Origin: Nitrospirales bacterium
Lineage (GTDB): Bacteria; Nitrospirota; Nitrospiria; Nitrospirales; UBA8639
Direction: 5' to 3'
DNA: 64,000 bases
Assembly (NCBI GenBank): GCA_965203295.1
Contig: CBDBCZ010000019.1
Location: forward strand, 1,120,001 to 1,184,000
A program made the translations under genes and the position numbers. The notes under the pieces are model-generated. The model ran no database searches. It had not been told where the DNA came from and was given only the letters and a program-made list of their open reading frames with translations. Positions 41,580 to 51,967 of the stretch are shown one piece after another (the first letter of the stretch is position 1; every line of letters begins with the position of its first letter).

Positions 41580-41833
41580 GATTAATCGAGAAGAGAAGGA
41601 GAGAGGAAAAGATTTTCCCCCTAACTAGAGTTGCATAGAAAATATAGTCTAAACAGCAGATAATAGCTTGTCAAACAGAATCCTTTATCTTGAGGCATGT
41701 TGAATCGAGACGGCCTCTTCGAATCGAACAAACAAAGAACTTCGCAAGTGAGAGGAGGTTTCATTGCGAGGATCTGTGGTAATGGGCTATACTCATTTTT
41801 TGTCATTCTCTCATCATACTTAGTGGGTTTCAC

Positions 41834-43270
41834 ATGAGTACTCAGGAAGTTGGTTTAGCCCAGTTTGAGCTTAAGCAGCAAGAAGTCCAGATTGCTTTGG
41901 GTCGGGTGAAAGTCCGTGACGTCGACTATGCGGACATTTACTTTGAGTCACGGACTTCAGAGTCGGTCTCGATGGAAGAAGGGATCGTGAAGCGGGCGGT
42001 AAAAAGTGTGTCCCGTGGAGCTGGCGTTCGTGCAAATTCAGGAGAGAAAACAGGATTTGCGTATTCCGACGAACTTACACAAAAAGATCTGGAGATTGCG
42101 GCTGATACGGCACGATATATTGCTAACTCACCGAAAGGGGATAATCCTATTTCGGTGACCCATAGACCCCAACCCCACAATAATTTGTATCCCTTAGAAA
42201 GTCCACTAACAGATGTGCTCATCAACGAACGCGTTGATCTCCTCAATCTGATTGATGCAGAAGCGCGTCGTTTTGATTCGCGTATTACTAAAGTGATGGC
42301 TTCCTTCAATACCGAACACAAAGTCATGCTGGTGGCGACTTCTGAGGGCCTGCTCACGGGTGATGTTCAACCGCTCTCCCGTCTGCAGGTTACCTGCATT
42401 GCTGAGGAGGGAAATAATCGGCAATCAGGGACGTTTGGGGGAGGTGGCCGAATAGGCCTTGAATTCTATTACGAAGGCGATCGAGCAAAACTTTATGCGC
42501 GTGAAGCGGTCAGACAGGCCATTCTCAACCTTGAGGCGGTCGATGCTCCGGCTGGAATCATGCCGGTTGTGCTCGCTGGCGGTTGGCCTGGGATCCTTCT
42601 CCATGAAGCGATAGGCCATGGCCTAGAGGCTGACTTTAATCGTCGGAAAACTTCAGCATTTAGCAATTTGGTCGGGGAACAGGTGGCTTCGGAAGTTTGT
42701 ACGATCGTGGATGACGGCACACTTCCTTCTCGTCGCGGTTCTCTCAATATCGATGATGAAGGGACTCCTACGAGTCGCACTGTCCTGATTGAAAAGGGAA
42801 TGCTCCGCGGATACATCACGGATCGTCTCAATGCACGTCTTATGGGGATCCCTCTGACCGGAAACGGAAGACGGGAAGATTTTCGTAGCCTCACTCTGCC
42901 CCGAATGACGAACACGTTTATGTTAGCTGGAACGTCTGAACCTGAAGAGATTATTCGGTCTGTGAAACATGGTTTGTATGCGGTGTCATTTGGCGGAGGC
43001 CAAGTTGACATTACGAATGGTAAGTTCGTGTTTTCAGCGAATGAAGCGTATGTAATCGAAAATGGACAGATCACGACGCCCGTCAAGGGGGCAACCCTTA
43101 TTGGAAATGGGCCAGATATTCTAAAAAAAGTGTCCATGGTAGGTTACGATCTCAAGCTCGACGAGGGGATTGGAACCTGTGGGAAGGAAGGCCAGTCTGT
43201 TCCTGTCGGAGTTGGATTGCCCACCATTCGTATCGACGAAATTACCGTGGGAGGGACTTCTGCGGCGTAA
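41834..43270 (+). CDS. tldD: Metalloprotease TldD
   Basis: GILLHEAIGHGLEAD, PRMTNT, CGKEGQSVPVGVG. Confidence 0.96.
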   Translation: MSTQEVGLAQFELKQQEVQIALGRVKVRDVDYADIYFESRTSESVSMEEGIVKRAVKSVSRGAGVRANSGEKTGFAYSDELTQKDLEIAADTARYIANSPKGDNPISVTHRPQPHNNLYPLESPLTDVLINERVDLLNLIDAEARRFDSRITKVMASFNTEHKVMLVATSEGLLTGDVQPLSRLQVTCIAEEGNNRQSGTFGGGGRIGLEFYYEGDRAKLYAREAVRQAILNLEAVDAPAGIMPVVLAGGWPGILLHEAIGHGLEADFNRRKTSAFSNLVGEQVASEVCTIVDDGTLPSRRGSLNIDDEGTPTSRTVLIEKGMLRGYITDRLNARLMGIPLTGNGRREDFRSLTLPRMTNTFMLAGTSEPEEIIRSVKHGLYAVSFGGGQVDITNGKFVFSANEAYVIENGQITTPVKGATLIGNGPDILKKVSMVGYDLKLDEGIGTCGKEGQSVPVGVGLPTIRIDEITVGGTSAA

Positions 43271-43345
43271 TTTCTCGAAGCTCGATGATTCTGTTCGTTG
43301 TCGATCTTCCAGCCCTTTAACCTGTTACCAACCCCTGCCTAGGAA

Positions 43346-44707
43346 GTGATGCTCCCGACTGAAAACGAACTGCCTCTCCTGGCCTCAAGGCTTCTTGAAC
43401 GGGCGAAAACCCAAGGGGCTACCGAAGCAGACGTCCTCGTTGCCGAAGGGGATTCTGTTTCTGTTCAAGTTCGTCTAGGGGATGTTGAACGCTTATCCAA
43501 AGCACGCGAGAAAGGTTTGGGCCTTCGAGTGTTCTTTGGGAAACGCTCCGCGAGTGCCTCGACTTCTGACTTTTCTGAGGAATCTTTGAGTCGGCTCGTC
43601 GCGGATACCTGCGCATTGGCTCGAGCTGTTGCTGAAGATGAAACATCCGGGTTACCCGAGGAGCACAGTTTCGCCCAGGATTTTCCTGACCTGGACACAT
43701 TTGATTCCACTTCTCTGACAGTGGAGGAAGAGATCGCTCTTGCCCGCCGAGGTGAAGAGGCGGCGATGGCAGTAGACACTCGAGTGACCAATTCGGAAGG
43801 TGCTGATTGTAGCGTCGCCCATGGCAGTGTTGTGTTGGCGAATAGTCACGGGTTTATGGGGATGCATCGCAGTTCGAGCTTTTCGTTGTCGGTTTCCCCA
43901 GTCGTGGTTGATCCATCGATGGGTTCTATGCAACAGGATTCCTGGTATAGCGTGAAAAGAAAATTCAAACTTCTCGAAAGTCCAGAGTCGATTGGACAAA
44001 CGGCTGCCAAGCGGGCAGTCCGTCGGCTGGGGGCCAAAAAAGTGGGTACCCAACGCGTTCCAGTCGTTTTTGACCAGGAAATGGCGGGGAGTTTATTAAG
44101 CCATGTGGCGAGTGCGGTTTCAGGGTATGCCCTGTATAAAGGAGCATCTTTTCTCCTTGGGCAATTAGGCAAACAGCTGGCTCCAGAATTCGTGAGCATT
44201 GAAGATCATGGCCGTCTCCCGGTCGGGTTAGGTTCTCGACCGTTTGATGGTGAAGGAGTCCCGACTCGCAAGACCATTGTGATGGAGGCGGGAACCTTAA
44301 CCAGTTATCTCTTGGACACGTATTCCGGACGCAAACTGGGAATGGCTTCGACAGGAAATGCTTCGAGAGGCGTGGGAGACAATCCTTCAGTAGGCCCCAC
44401 GAATTTGTATTTTCGTCCGGGGACATCATTGCCTGAAGATATTATTGGATCAGTTCAACAAGGCTTGTATGTGACAGAATTGATTGGCTTTGGAGTGAAT
44501 ATGGTCACCGGCGATTATTCTCGTGGGGCTGCAGGATTTTGGATTGAAAATGGAAAATTGGTCTATCCGGTGGAAGAAATCACCATTGCCGGAAACCTCA
44601 AGAACATGTTGGCTGATATTGAGGTGCTAGGGAACGATTTAGAATTTCGTGGCCGAATCGCGAGCCCCACCCTAAAGATTCGAGAGATTATGGTTTCAGG
44701 ACATTGA
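43346..44707 (+). CDS. pmbA: TldE/PmbA protease subunit
   Basis: SRPFDGEG, VTGDYSRGAAG, EEITIAGNL; follows tldD. Confidence 0.93.
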   Translation: MMLPTENELPLLASRLLERAKTQGATEADVLVAEGDSVSVQVRLGDVERLSKAREKGLGLRVFFGKRSASASTSDFSEESLSRLVADTCALARAVAEDETSGLPEEHSFAQDFPDLDTFDSTSLTVEEEIALARRGEEAAMAVDTRVTNSEGADCSVAHGSVVLANSHGFMGMHRSSSFSLSVSPVVVDPSMGSMQQDSWYSVKRKFKLLESPESIGQTAAKRAVRRLGAKKVGTQRVPVVFDQEMAGSLLSHVASAVSGYALYKGASFLLGQLGKQLAPEFVSIEDHGRLPVGLGSRPFDGEGVPTRKTIVMEAGTLTSYLLDTYSGRKLGMASTGNASRGVGDNPSVGPTNLYFRPGTSLPEDIIGSVQQGLYVTELIGFGVNMVTGDYSRGAAGFWIENGKLVYPVEEITIAGNLKNMLADIEVLGNDLEFRGRIASPTLKIREIMVSGH

Positions 44708-44740
44708 GAGCTCTAACCGATGTGAGAGTAGAGATAGCAA

Positions 44741-45028
44741 ATGATAGCTCATATGCCACGGTGCCAATTAGAAGACCTTTCCAAGAGAAAACCCACATTG
44801 GTATATATTGCTGGAAATGTCGCTGAAGCTGAAAAGGCCGAACGAGTCCTGGGAGACCAAGGGATTGACTACGCTCTAACGCTTGATTCTTTTGTCACCA
44901 CCTCGTTATTGGGTGGACAATATACTGGGCTTTTTGTGTACGTTCCTTATGCCGATTACTAAATGTCTCGAGTTCATTTGGAAGCTCAAGGTCTCAAAGA
45001 TACGGTAGAGTTAGAAGTTGAAGAATAA
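44741..45028 (+). pseudogene. Small hypothetical protein with in-frame TAA
   Basis: TAA at 44960-44962; the same frame continues MSRVHLEAQGLKDTVELEVEE* to just before the next RBS. Confidence 0.55.
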
Positions 45029-45045
45029 GTGAGGAGTAATGTTCC

Positions 45046-45525
45046 ATGCCATTAGATTCTATTGATGGAGAAAAAACCCTTCAATTAATTACCTCTCGGT
45101 TTGATCAACGGGAGTGGAGGAAGAAAATCGAAAAATTGCTGGGCCTCCCTCCAAGTGGGTTGACAGAAGAAGATCAGCGAAAGATTTTCCTTTACTTAAA
45201 AAATGAACTGCAGGCCTATAAATCCCGTCGGGCTGACCCTCCTTCGTGGATTGTCGGGGGATACGCGACTCGAGAGGTTGTTGATCGGGCCCGATACAAT
45301 CCAACGGAGATTGATCCATCATTTACTAAGAACGAAGTAGCCTTTTTAGGAGAGGATCCCGGTTCCGAAGTTGATCAACCTTGGTTTGATGATATTTTGA
45401 TAAAATGGTTTTTGGAGCCTGGAGAGGACGAAATTATAGAGGAGTCGGAGCCCGAAATGGAGAATGAGGAAGGTGGGGACGCAGAGACGGTGGAAGACTC
45501 TCCAGGGTCATCCCCAGGAAACTGA
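45046..45525 (+). CDS. Hypothetical protein with acidic tail
   Basis: 159-aa ORF, GAGGAG RBS. Confidence 0.75.
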   Translation: MPLDSIDGEKTLQLITSRFDQREWRKKIEKLLGLPPSGLTEEDQRKIFLYLKNELQAYKSRRADPPSWIVGGYATREVVDRARYNPTEIDPSFTKNEVAFLGEDPGSEVDQPWFDDILIKWFLEPGEDEIIEESEPEMENEEGGDAETVEDSPGSSPGN

Positions 45526-45779
45526 GTTGGAGAATGTTCATCACAAACTCATAAGCGAGCCCAGCAAGAAGTATGAACGAGACTGGCTTTGGGCCAATTC
45601 CACATAATAAAAAATCTACAAACAATACTGCGCCAGCTAATCGTGTATTTTGATTGATTCTAGCCTATCCAGTTTGCCTGCCTAGATCGTAATCTCTAAA
45701 TTGTAAAAACCTGAATGTCAGTTGACAGACACGGTCAAAATGAGGTGGGAATTCCGGCAACACGCAGGCGAAGTGGGTT

Positions 45780-45856
45780 GTCATGCCCGCAGTTGTCGGC
45801 GGGCATCCAGGATGATAAAGAAAGGTGGATCCCCGCTAAAGAACTGCGGGGATGAC
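45780..45856. repeat. Composite palindromic intergenic repeat
   Basis: GTCATGCCCGCAGTTGTCGGCGGGCATCCA ... TGGATCCCCGCTAAAGAACTGCGGGGATGAC: two hairpins that are inverted copies of each other. Confidence 0.8.
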
Positions 45857-46040
45857 GGCGAAGGATCCACGAGCCGAACCCTTTCTAGCTTTTGGAATTT
45901 CACCAGACACTGTCTGAAAGATCAAATCCAAGGCTTTACATCTTAAATTGAGTCAAGAGGTTCCGTCATGCCTCTGATCGACCAAACAGGTTCAGCAAGC
46001 TGGTATTTTGTCAAGCGAGAGTCGGCGAGTCATTCAGGCT

Positions 46041-46679
46041 TTAGCCGAACAACTCCATCTGGATCGGCGATGAAGGCTTTGAGGGGGAAGAGGAAGACTC
46101 AGGAGAAGTGGAAGGATTCTGTTCAATTGGATTCATCTGGTCCAATACGGCTTTGAGTTTTTTGAAGTCGTCTCGGAGTGGGATTTGAAGATTATTCTGG
46201 TGAAGCGCTGCGGCTGGGTGCAACAACGGGAACAAGACAAACTCGGGCAACCGAAAGACCTGCCCTCGCACTTTGGTGATGCCGACCTTCCGACCTAGTA
46301 AGGTTTGGGTTGCAAAATTGCCTAGAGAACAAACCAACTTCGGCTTGATCAATTCAACTTGTTGGAGGAGAAAGGGCTTGCAAGTCTCGACTTCATCCGG
46401 CAAGGGATCACGATTATTAGGGGGACGGCACTTAATGACATTGGCAATATAGATGTCTGATCGTGAAAGGCCGACTGATTCGAGCAGTTGTGTCAGGAGT
46501 TTTCCTGCGGCCCCTACGAAGGGAATCCCTTGTTGGTCTTCGTAAAAACCAGGCGCTTCTCCCACAAACATGATCGTTGCCTGGGAGTTGCCAGTTTCAA
46601 ACACAACCTGTGTTCGGCCTGATGCGAGCTGACATCGTTGGCAATTTTTCAAGGAAGTGGCTAGTTTCGCCAAGGTCAT
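46041..46679 (-). CDS. Uracil-DNA glycosylase family 4
   Basis: CQRC, GEAPG, KCRPPNNR, HPAA. Confidence 0.95.
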   Translation of the reverse strand: MTLAKLATSLKNCQRCQLASGRTQVVFETGNSQATIMFVGEAPGFYEDQQGIPFVGAAGKLLTQLLESVGLSRSDIYIANVIKCRPPNNRDPLPDEVETCKPFLLQQVELIKPKLVCSLGNFATQTLLGRKVGITKVRGQVFRLPEFVLFPLLHPAAALHQNNLQIPLRDDFKKLKAVLDQMNPIEQNPSTSPESSSSPSKPSSPIQMELFG

Positions 46680-46712
46680 TGAGCGGCATCATAGGGACGA
46701 GTTAGCGGTCTG

Positions 46713-48062
46713 TCAATGCGAAAGGGCGGTTGATGAAATGCGTTCCTCGATCAACGAAGCGCAGCGATGCCCGCTGATCAACGCACTTTCAATGCCCGTG
46801 GGAAGGCCCGTATCAGTCCAGTCACCCGCAAGAACAAGATTGGAGAATGGACTTTGTGTCGGAGGGCGATATTTTGAAATGCCAGGCGTAAGGGGGAGGA
46901 AGCTAAAAGCCATTCGGGAGGCGGAAAGTCTGATTGGTTGCGAGTCTGAAGAAAATATATGGCGAGGGAAAATGTCTTGCAGCTCTTGCTGTGCAACATC
47001 AAAGAGATCTTTATCCTCGTAATGAAGGAGGTCTGCATTTCCTGCTGATAGGCAGGTCACATGAGTTACGGGAGAAGAATGGTTGGAAGAATCGTTCGTG
47101 AGTGTTACACAATGAAAATGCCCACTCTTGAGGATAAGGCGGGGTTGGTGAGTGCAAAGATTGGTCCGAAACTGAACGGTGAGAATCGGAGCTTCATCTA
47201 ATTCTTGGAGATAATGGAAATAGGAATACTTCGCCAACAAGCGATCCGATAAAAGAGACGTCAGTTGGCGGGGACTTCCAGCTGCGATATACCAGTCAGC
47301 TGTTAACACACCTCCTTCCTGAATGGAAATTCCCGTAATCACAGAACCATCAGACTGAAAAGAATAGGCGCTGTCATGGTCTGTCACTGTCACACCGATT
47401 CGAGGTAGTTGATGCCAGAGAGAGGTGAACAGTCTCTCACGCAAACCAGGAGATAAACAGAACAAGCCGGAACTTCTGCTTGATAACAAGAAACAGCGGT
47501 GAAGAGTTTTCGCAAAGACGCCAGCGGAGGTGTGGACCAGGTCAGTGCCTAAAAGAAAGCGGCAAAGAGGGTTCCAGATAGATGAGATCGCCTGAGGTGG
47601 TTGGTTCAGTGAAATGAGCCAGTCAGAAGCCCGATGGGTATCAAGATCTAAAGGAAAGCGGTTTTCGCCTTCCCAAAGTTTTTCTAAATAATTGATGAGC
47701 GTAAACCGGGTTTTGAATGAAAGTCCTTTGAAAAATACCAAAGCGAGAACAGTACAAAAAGAAGACGAAATGGGAAACCGAAAAAATTTTGCAGAATGGT
47801 TTTGGGATGTCAAAAACTCGAGTGCGGGGAATTTAAGGATGTTTCTTGTCTGACCTAACTCCTCAAGGATCGACAGGGTTTGATGCTCAAAGCCTCGCAC
47901 AAAGAGTGGAAGGTCAGCAGAGGTCACAGGGGAGAGATGATCGAGACTATTGGGCCCCGATGGGCCTGAGAGAACGGTGACCTGACAGCCCTGGGTGGCC
48001 AGGCGAGTTGCGGCGATTAATCCCGCTACACTTTTTCCGATAATCAGGACTTTTGGTTTCAT
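46713..48062 (-). CDS. hpnE: HpnE-like hydroxysqualene dehydroxylase / FAD oxidoreductase
   Basis: LAGDWTDTGLPTGIESA at the C-terminus; ATGA-coupled to hpnD. Confidence 0.75.
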   Translation of the reverse strand: MKPKVLIIGKSVAGLIAATRLATQGCQVTVLSGPSGPNSLDHLSPVTSADLPLFVRGFEHQTLSILEELGQTRNILKFPALEFLTSQNHSAKFFRFPISSSFCTVLALVFFKGLSFKTRFTLINYLEKLWEGENRFPLDLDTHRASDWLISLNQPPQAISSIWNPLCRFLLGTDLVHTSAGVFAKTLHRCFLLSSRSSGLFCLSPGLRERLFTSLWHQLPRIGVTVTDHDSAYSFQSDGSVITGISIQEGGVLTADWYIAAGSPRQLTSLLSDRLLAKYSYFHYLQELDEAPILTVQFRTNLCTHQPRLILKSGHFHCVTLTNDSSNHSSPVTHVTCLSAGNADLLHYEDKDLFDVAQQELQDIFPRHIFSSDSQPIRLSASRMAFSFLPLTPGISKYRPPTQSPFSNLVLAGDWTDTGLPTGIESALISGHRCASLIEERISSTALSH

Positions 48063-48940
48063 TCTGCCATGATGAAGGTGGTTTCGAAGAAAGATCGTAG
48101 CCATTTCATGATCGCGATGGATAATCGGTGGGATGGCGAAAGCGTGATCCTGTGCCCAAAAACCTGATACTTTTGGCTTTTAATTTGGAGGAGAATGCGA
48201 AAGTAGACAGCTTGCATGATCTCCGCAGGGATCAAGGACTTACGGTCGCGTTTGGGAAGCGATTCATAGATCTGCTTGGCTTTTTGGTAAAAATCACAGG
48301 CCCTCGCATATTCGAATTCCATCATTTCAATAAATTGGAGAGAATAGGTTCTGGCGAGAAGGGCTTCTTCTGAATAACCGAACCGTGCCATATCCTCTTG
48401 GGGAAGATAGATGCGATTTCGTTCGGCATCTGCTCCGATATCTCGGAGAATATTCGTCAGTTGGAAAGCGACCCCGAGATTAATGGCATACTCGTTTGCG
48501 CGAGAATACTGGGTTCCGAACACCTTTAAGCAGATCAACCCGACGATAGAAGCGACTCTATAACAATAAGGATAAAGGGCTTCGAAATTCTGATATCTTG
48601 TCGTGGCAAGATCCATCTCCATGCCATTGAGCAGTTCTTGAAAATATTCTTCTGGAATACCCAGACGTTGCGCATGTTCGGCCAAACTAATGGTGACAGG
48701 AAAACTTGGATGTCCTTTGTACATGGCCCTAACCTCATGGCGCCATAACGAAAGCTGTTCTTGTGGATTGGCGCCTGTGGGCGGGTGATCGATGGCATCA
48801 TCAACTTCGTGACAAAACGTGTACACGGCATACATGGCTTCACGACGCGGTCGTGGAAGGAAAAGGAAGGAATAATAAAAATTACTTCCACTGTTTTTTG
48901 TTTTCTCTGTACAATAGGCGTGCGCGCTACTTGGAGTCAT
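48059..48940 (-). CDS. hpnD: Presqualene diphosphate synthase (phytoene/squalene synthase family)
   Basis: SGSNFYYSF, EVDDAID, QLTNILRD, RIYLP. Confidence 0.88.
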   Translation of the reverse strand: MTPSSAHAYCTEKTKNSGSNFYYSFLFLPRPRREAMYAVYTFCHEVDDAIDHPPTGANPQEQLSLWRHEVRAMYKGHPSFPVTISLAEHAQRLGIPEEYFQELLNGMEMDLATTRYQNFEALYPYCYRVASIVGLICLKVFGTQYSRANEYAINLGVAFQLTNILRDIGADAERNRIYLPQEDMARFGYSEEALLARTYSLQFIEMMEFEYARACDFYQKAKQIYESLPKRDRKSLIPAEIMQAVYFRILLQIKSQKYQVFGHRITLSPSHRLSIAIMKWLRSFFETTFIMAE

Positions 48941-49028
48941 ATCAAAGAGGTCTGTACAGTCTGTGGGGCTGCGGTCTGAGGTGAGGAATGATAAGGGAAA
49001 CAGCTATCAATTCCCCTGAGTGAGTCGG

Positions 49029-49571
49029 TTAGGATGCTGTTTGAAGTTTACGACTGGGGATCCAACCAGAGCTTCCTGATGTTGTATGGACCTGGTAGAC
49101 CCACTTTCCGTCCACCCATTCCCCATCTACAATCTTTAATAGCTCTCCAATGTGTATGGAAGGACCGGGCAGAATCCCTAACGCGTCACGACTCAATGTT
49201 GCAGTCTCACCGGGTTGATCGAGTGAGGGAAGAAGGGAAACGTGCTGACCTTCAGAGAAACGAGGAGTGGGAGGTGTCAGGGAACGATTGAATACACCCG
49301 TGGGGCTGTCGAGTTTCGTCTCTGCGGGGGCATTCACGGTATCTGTCGTAGATGAAAAAAACTGAGGGCTGAGGGTGTAGATGCCGATAATAATCAGGGC
49401 AAGGATAAGAAGAATGATTAGTAGGCGTCGGTAAGGTGGTTTCTGGTCCGATCCCATCCCATCATCGTCATCAAAGCTATCCTCGAATTCCAGATCGAGA
49501 TGGTTTTCCTTGGCAAAGGCGAATGACCATGGAATAGGCTTTGAAATGGAGTCAAATGTGTCGTCTAGCAC
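49029..49571 (-). CDS. Hypothetical single-pass membrane protein with SH3-like C-terminus
   Basis: Acidic N-terminus, one TM, WVYQV...SGWIP. Confidence 0.65.
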   Translation of the reverse strand: MLDDTFDSISKPIPWSFAFAKENHLDLEFEDSFDDDDGMGSDQKPPYRRLLIILLILALIIIGIYTLSPQFFSSTTDTVNAPAETKLDSPTGVFNRSLTPPTPRFSEGQHVSLLPSLDQPGETATLSRDALGILPGPSIHIGELLKIVDGEWVDGKWVYQVHTTSGSSGWIPSRKLQTAS

Positions 49572-49991
49572 AATTTTTTGCGTCCTCCTTCTAGACCTGA
49601 ACCTCCAAAGCCATTCCAGAGGAAGAAATAGGGTAGGGAGACAATCACACTATGATCTTATGAATAGCACTCCTGAAGAGCGATGTCAAACAAGGAGTTC
49701 AATGCCATGCTTAAAAGAGCCTGATGACCGAAAGATGAGGAAACCCCGTCTGAAGTCAGGGTTACTGTAAAAAGGGTCATATGTCAAGGTGCAGCAGAAA
49801 CGATGACCAGAAATTGCGGAGTCGCTCACGAAATAAATTTCTTAGTTAAGGTGGGAAGACCTTTATGAATTAGCTTGCAACTTCATGTGCCCTGATGCAG
49901 AATGCCAGTACAAAAAAGAATAAAATGTGCTCCATATGATTGCGAGTGTCTAGGGTGCCGATGATGAACCACAAACTGTGGAGTGTAAGAC

Positions 49992-51005
49992 ATGTCTAGT
50001 TGGTATCGCCCCGATCCCCTCACACGAGATCTCATCCACTTGATCAATGCGCGTCGTCATGACCATGGTGATGCCGAATTGGCTATTGATGTCTTACAAG
50101 CCATGCTGGAACAAGATCGAGAATTTGACATTCTCACCGTGTTAGCGGCTTTGGATGAGGAGATGGCAGAGTGGTTGTTTGATCTTTTGGCCGAAGCGTC
50201 CTGTTCAGTGATCATGGATGGCGACCCTGAAGATAAATCTGCTTATGCAGTGTTAGGGGCTCTGGAGCTACCGCTTCAGGCTAACCTCAAAACCCCGCTT
50301 CAATTGAAACTCAATGTGCTAGAAACAGCGGAGCTTCTTCGAAAACACCTGAAGGTTCCTGCAGGCACAGTGGTGATGGTGGAACCTCGTCTTCTTACGG
50401 ATACCACCTTTGATTTTCTGACCCTCCAGAAACTCCATGACCACTTATCCAGTATGGCGAACTCCCAGCGTCGGCAACCGATTGTTGCACGATTGCACCC
50501 GCCGGTCGAATCGACTGCCTATTTATTATTTGAACTGATTGGAGCAGGAGATTCTTCTTTGCCTGAGACGCTGGATGAATCAGATCGAGAATCCCTGCTC
50601 AAAGGGTTATTTGATCAATGTCCCGATATCGCCCTTGCCCCTCATATGTTGGAGGCCCCAGTGCATGCCGCCTATGCGATGTTTGATGCTCAAAACGCTG
50701 TCCGTCTTCATCGTCTTGCAGACGAGACGGTTGCTGTGTGGCATGACCTCGAAGCCTCTGTACGAGGAAGAACGATTGTGCATTTGCACACCCAATGTGG
50801 CAATGGGGTGTACATGCCGATATGGACGGATTTATTCGATCCTGACCTTCCTGAAGACCATGGCCCTATTTGGACCTCTCCTGATGTGTGGGTCTTTACC
50901 GCCGATTTGCCCATTGAGTGGCCAGGAGAAATGCTCACCAATCGCTTACTTGCCGAAGGTTGCACACGTTTCGAAAACCACATCGTTGAAGCCCCGGATA
51001 GTTAA
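49992..51005 (+). CDS. Hypothetical acidic protein
   Basis: Intact 337-aa ORF; no recognised motif. Confidence 0.75.
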   Translation: MSSWYRPDPLTRDLIHLINARRHDHGDAELAIDVLQAMLEQDREFDILTVLAALDEEMAEWLFDLLAEASCSVIMDGDPEDKSAYAVLGALELPLQANLKTPLQLKLNVLETAELLRKHLKVPAGTVVMVEPRLLTDTTFDFLTLQKLHDHLSSMANSQRRQPIVARLHPPVESTAYLLFELIGAGDSSLPETLDESDRESLLKGLFDQCPDIALAPHMLEAPVHAAYAMFDAQNAVRLHRLADETVAVWHDLEASVRGRTIVHLHTQCGNGVYMPIWTDLFDPDLPEDHGPIWTSPDVWVFTADLPIEWPGEMLTNRLLAEGCTRFENHIVEAPDS

Positions 51006-51070
51006 TCCCGTCCCAAAAACAAAAAAGCCCCTCGTTGATCACCATGCTGGAACATGTGGAGAGTTCCAAT

Positions 51071-51925
51071 CTAGAGTGAGATTGCGGTCCTTGCATTCCT
51101 GAGTGGTTCAAGTAGTCTCTCCGGTATCTTTAAGTTTCCCAGCCTTCTCCTCACTCGAATGTCGGGTTTCATGGCTCCGTGAAAGTCACTACCGCCTGTC
51201 ATGAGGAGGCCCAGACGGCGAGCCGTTTCCAAATATCTCGAGGTATCTCTGCGTGTGTGCGTACTATAAAAGACTTCGATGCCTGCGAGACCTACTTCCT
51301 TTAACATTTCAAAAATGTTTTGGTGCTTGCCCGTTTCTCCCCTGACCCAGTTGTGGTGTGCAAGGACAGGAATACCGCCTGCCTCCCGAATCCAGGTGAT
51401 GGCTTGGGAGACATCAGGTAGGTCACGGTCAGCAAAGGCGGAGGCCCCATGGCTTAAGTACGAAGTAAACGCTTCCTGAACGGTCGAGACGTATCCTTTC
51501 TTGATCAATAGGGAAGCAATATGAGGACGTCCGATTGAGTCTGTCTGGGCATCAGCCTGAAGTTCTTCATAAGAGAGAGATATACCGAGATGATTCAAGT
51601 TATCAATGATCGCGGAGTTTCGTCCTCTTCGAGTGGATTGGAGATGAGAAAGGCGTTCATGGAGTCGTGAATCTTTCCAATTGAGAAAGTATCCCAACAA
51701 GTGGATTTCATCTTTGTCATATTGTGAACTGAGTTCTATGCCAGGAATAACTTCAATGCCATATTGACTGGCAGTCTCCAGGGCTTCAGGAATTCCTGCC
51801 ACGCTATCGTGGTCGGTAATTGAGACAGTCGTCAAATCAGCTTCGTGGGCTAACGTGAGCACTTCTTTCGGGGAACAACTTCCATCAGAAAAATGAGTGT
51901 GAAGGTGCAGGTCTATTCCGGCCAT
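51071..51925 (-). CDS. PHP domain phosphoesterase (TrpH/YciV-like)
   Basis: DLHLHTHFSDG, TDHD, GRPH, GGSDFHG. Confidence 0.93.
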   Translation of the reverse strand: MAGIDLHLHTHFSDGSCSPKEVLTLAHEADLTTVSITDHDSVAGIPEALETASQYGIEVIPGIELSSQYDKDEIHLLGYFLNWKDSRLHERLSHLQSTRRGRNSAIIDNLNHLGISLSYEELQADAQTDSIGRPHIASLLIKKGYVSTVQEAFTSYLSHGASAFADRDLPDVSQAITWIREAGGIPVLAHHNWVRGETGKHQNIFEMLKEVGLAGIEVFYSTHTRRDTSRYLETARRLGLLMTGGSDFHGAMKPDIRVRRRLGNLKIPERLLEPLRNARTAISL

Positions 51926-51967
51926 AACGGGGATGTGCGCTTTTTCAATATGATTCTTGTAAGCGTT

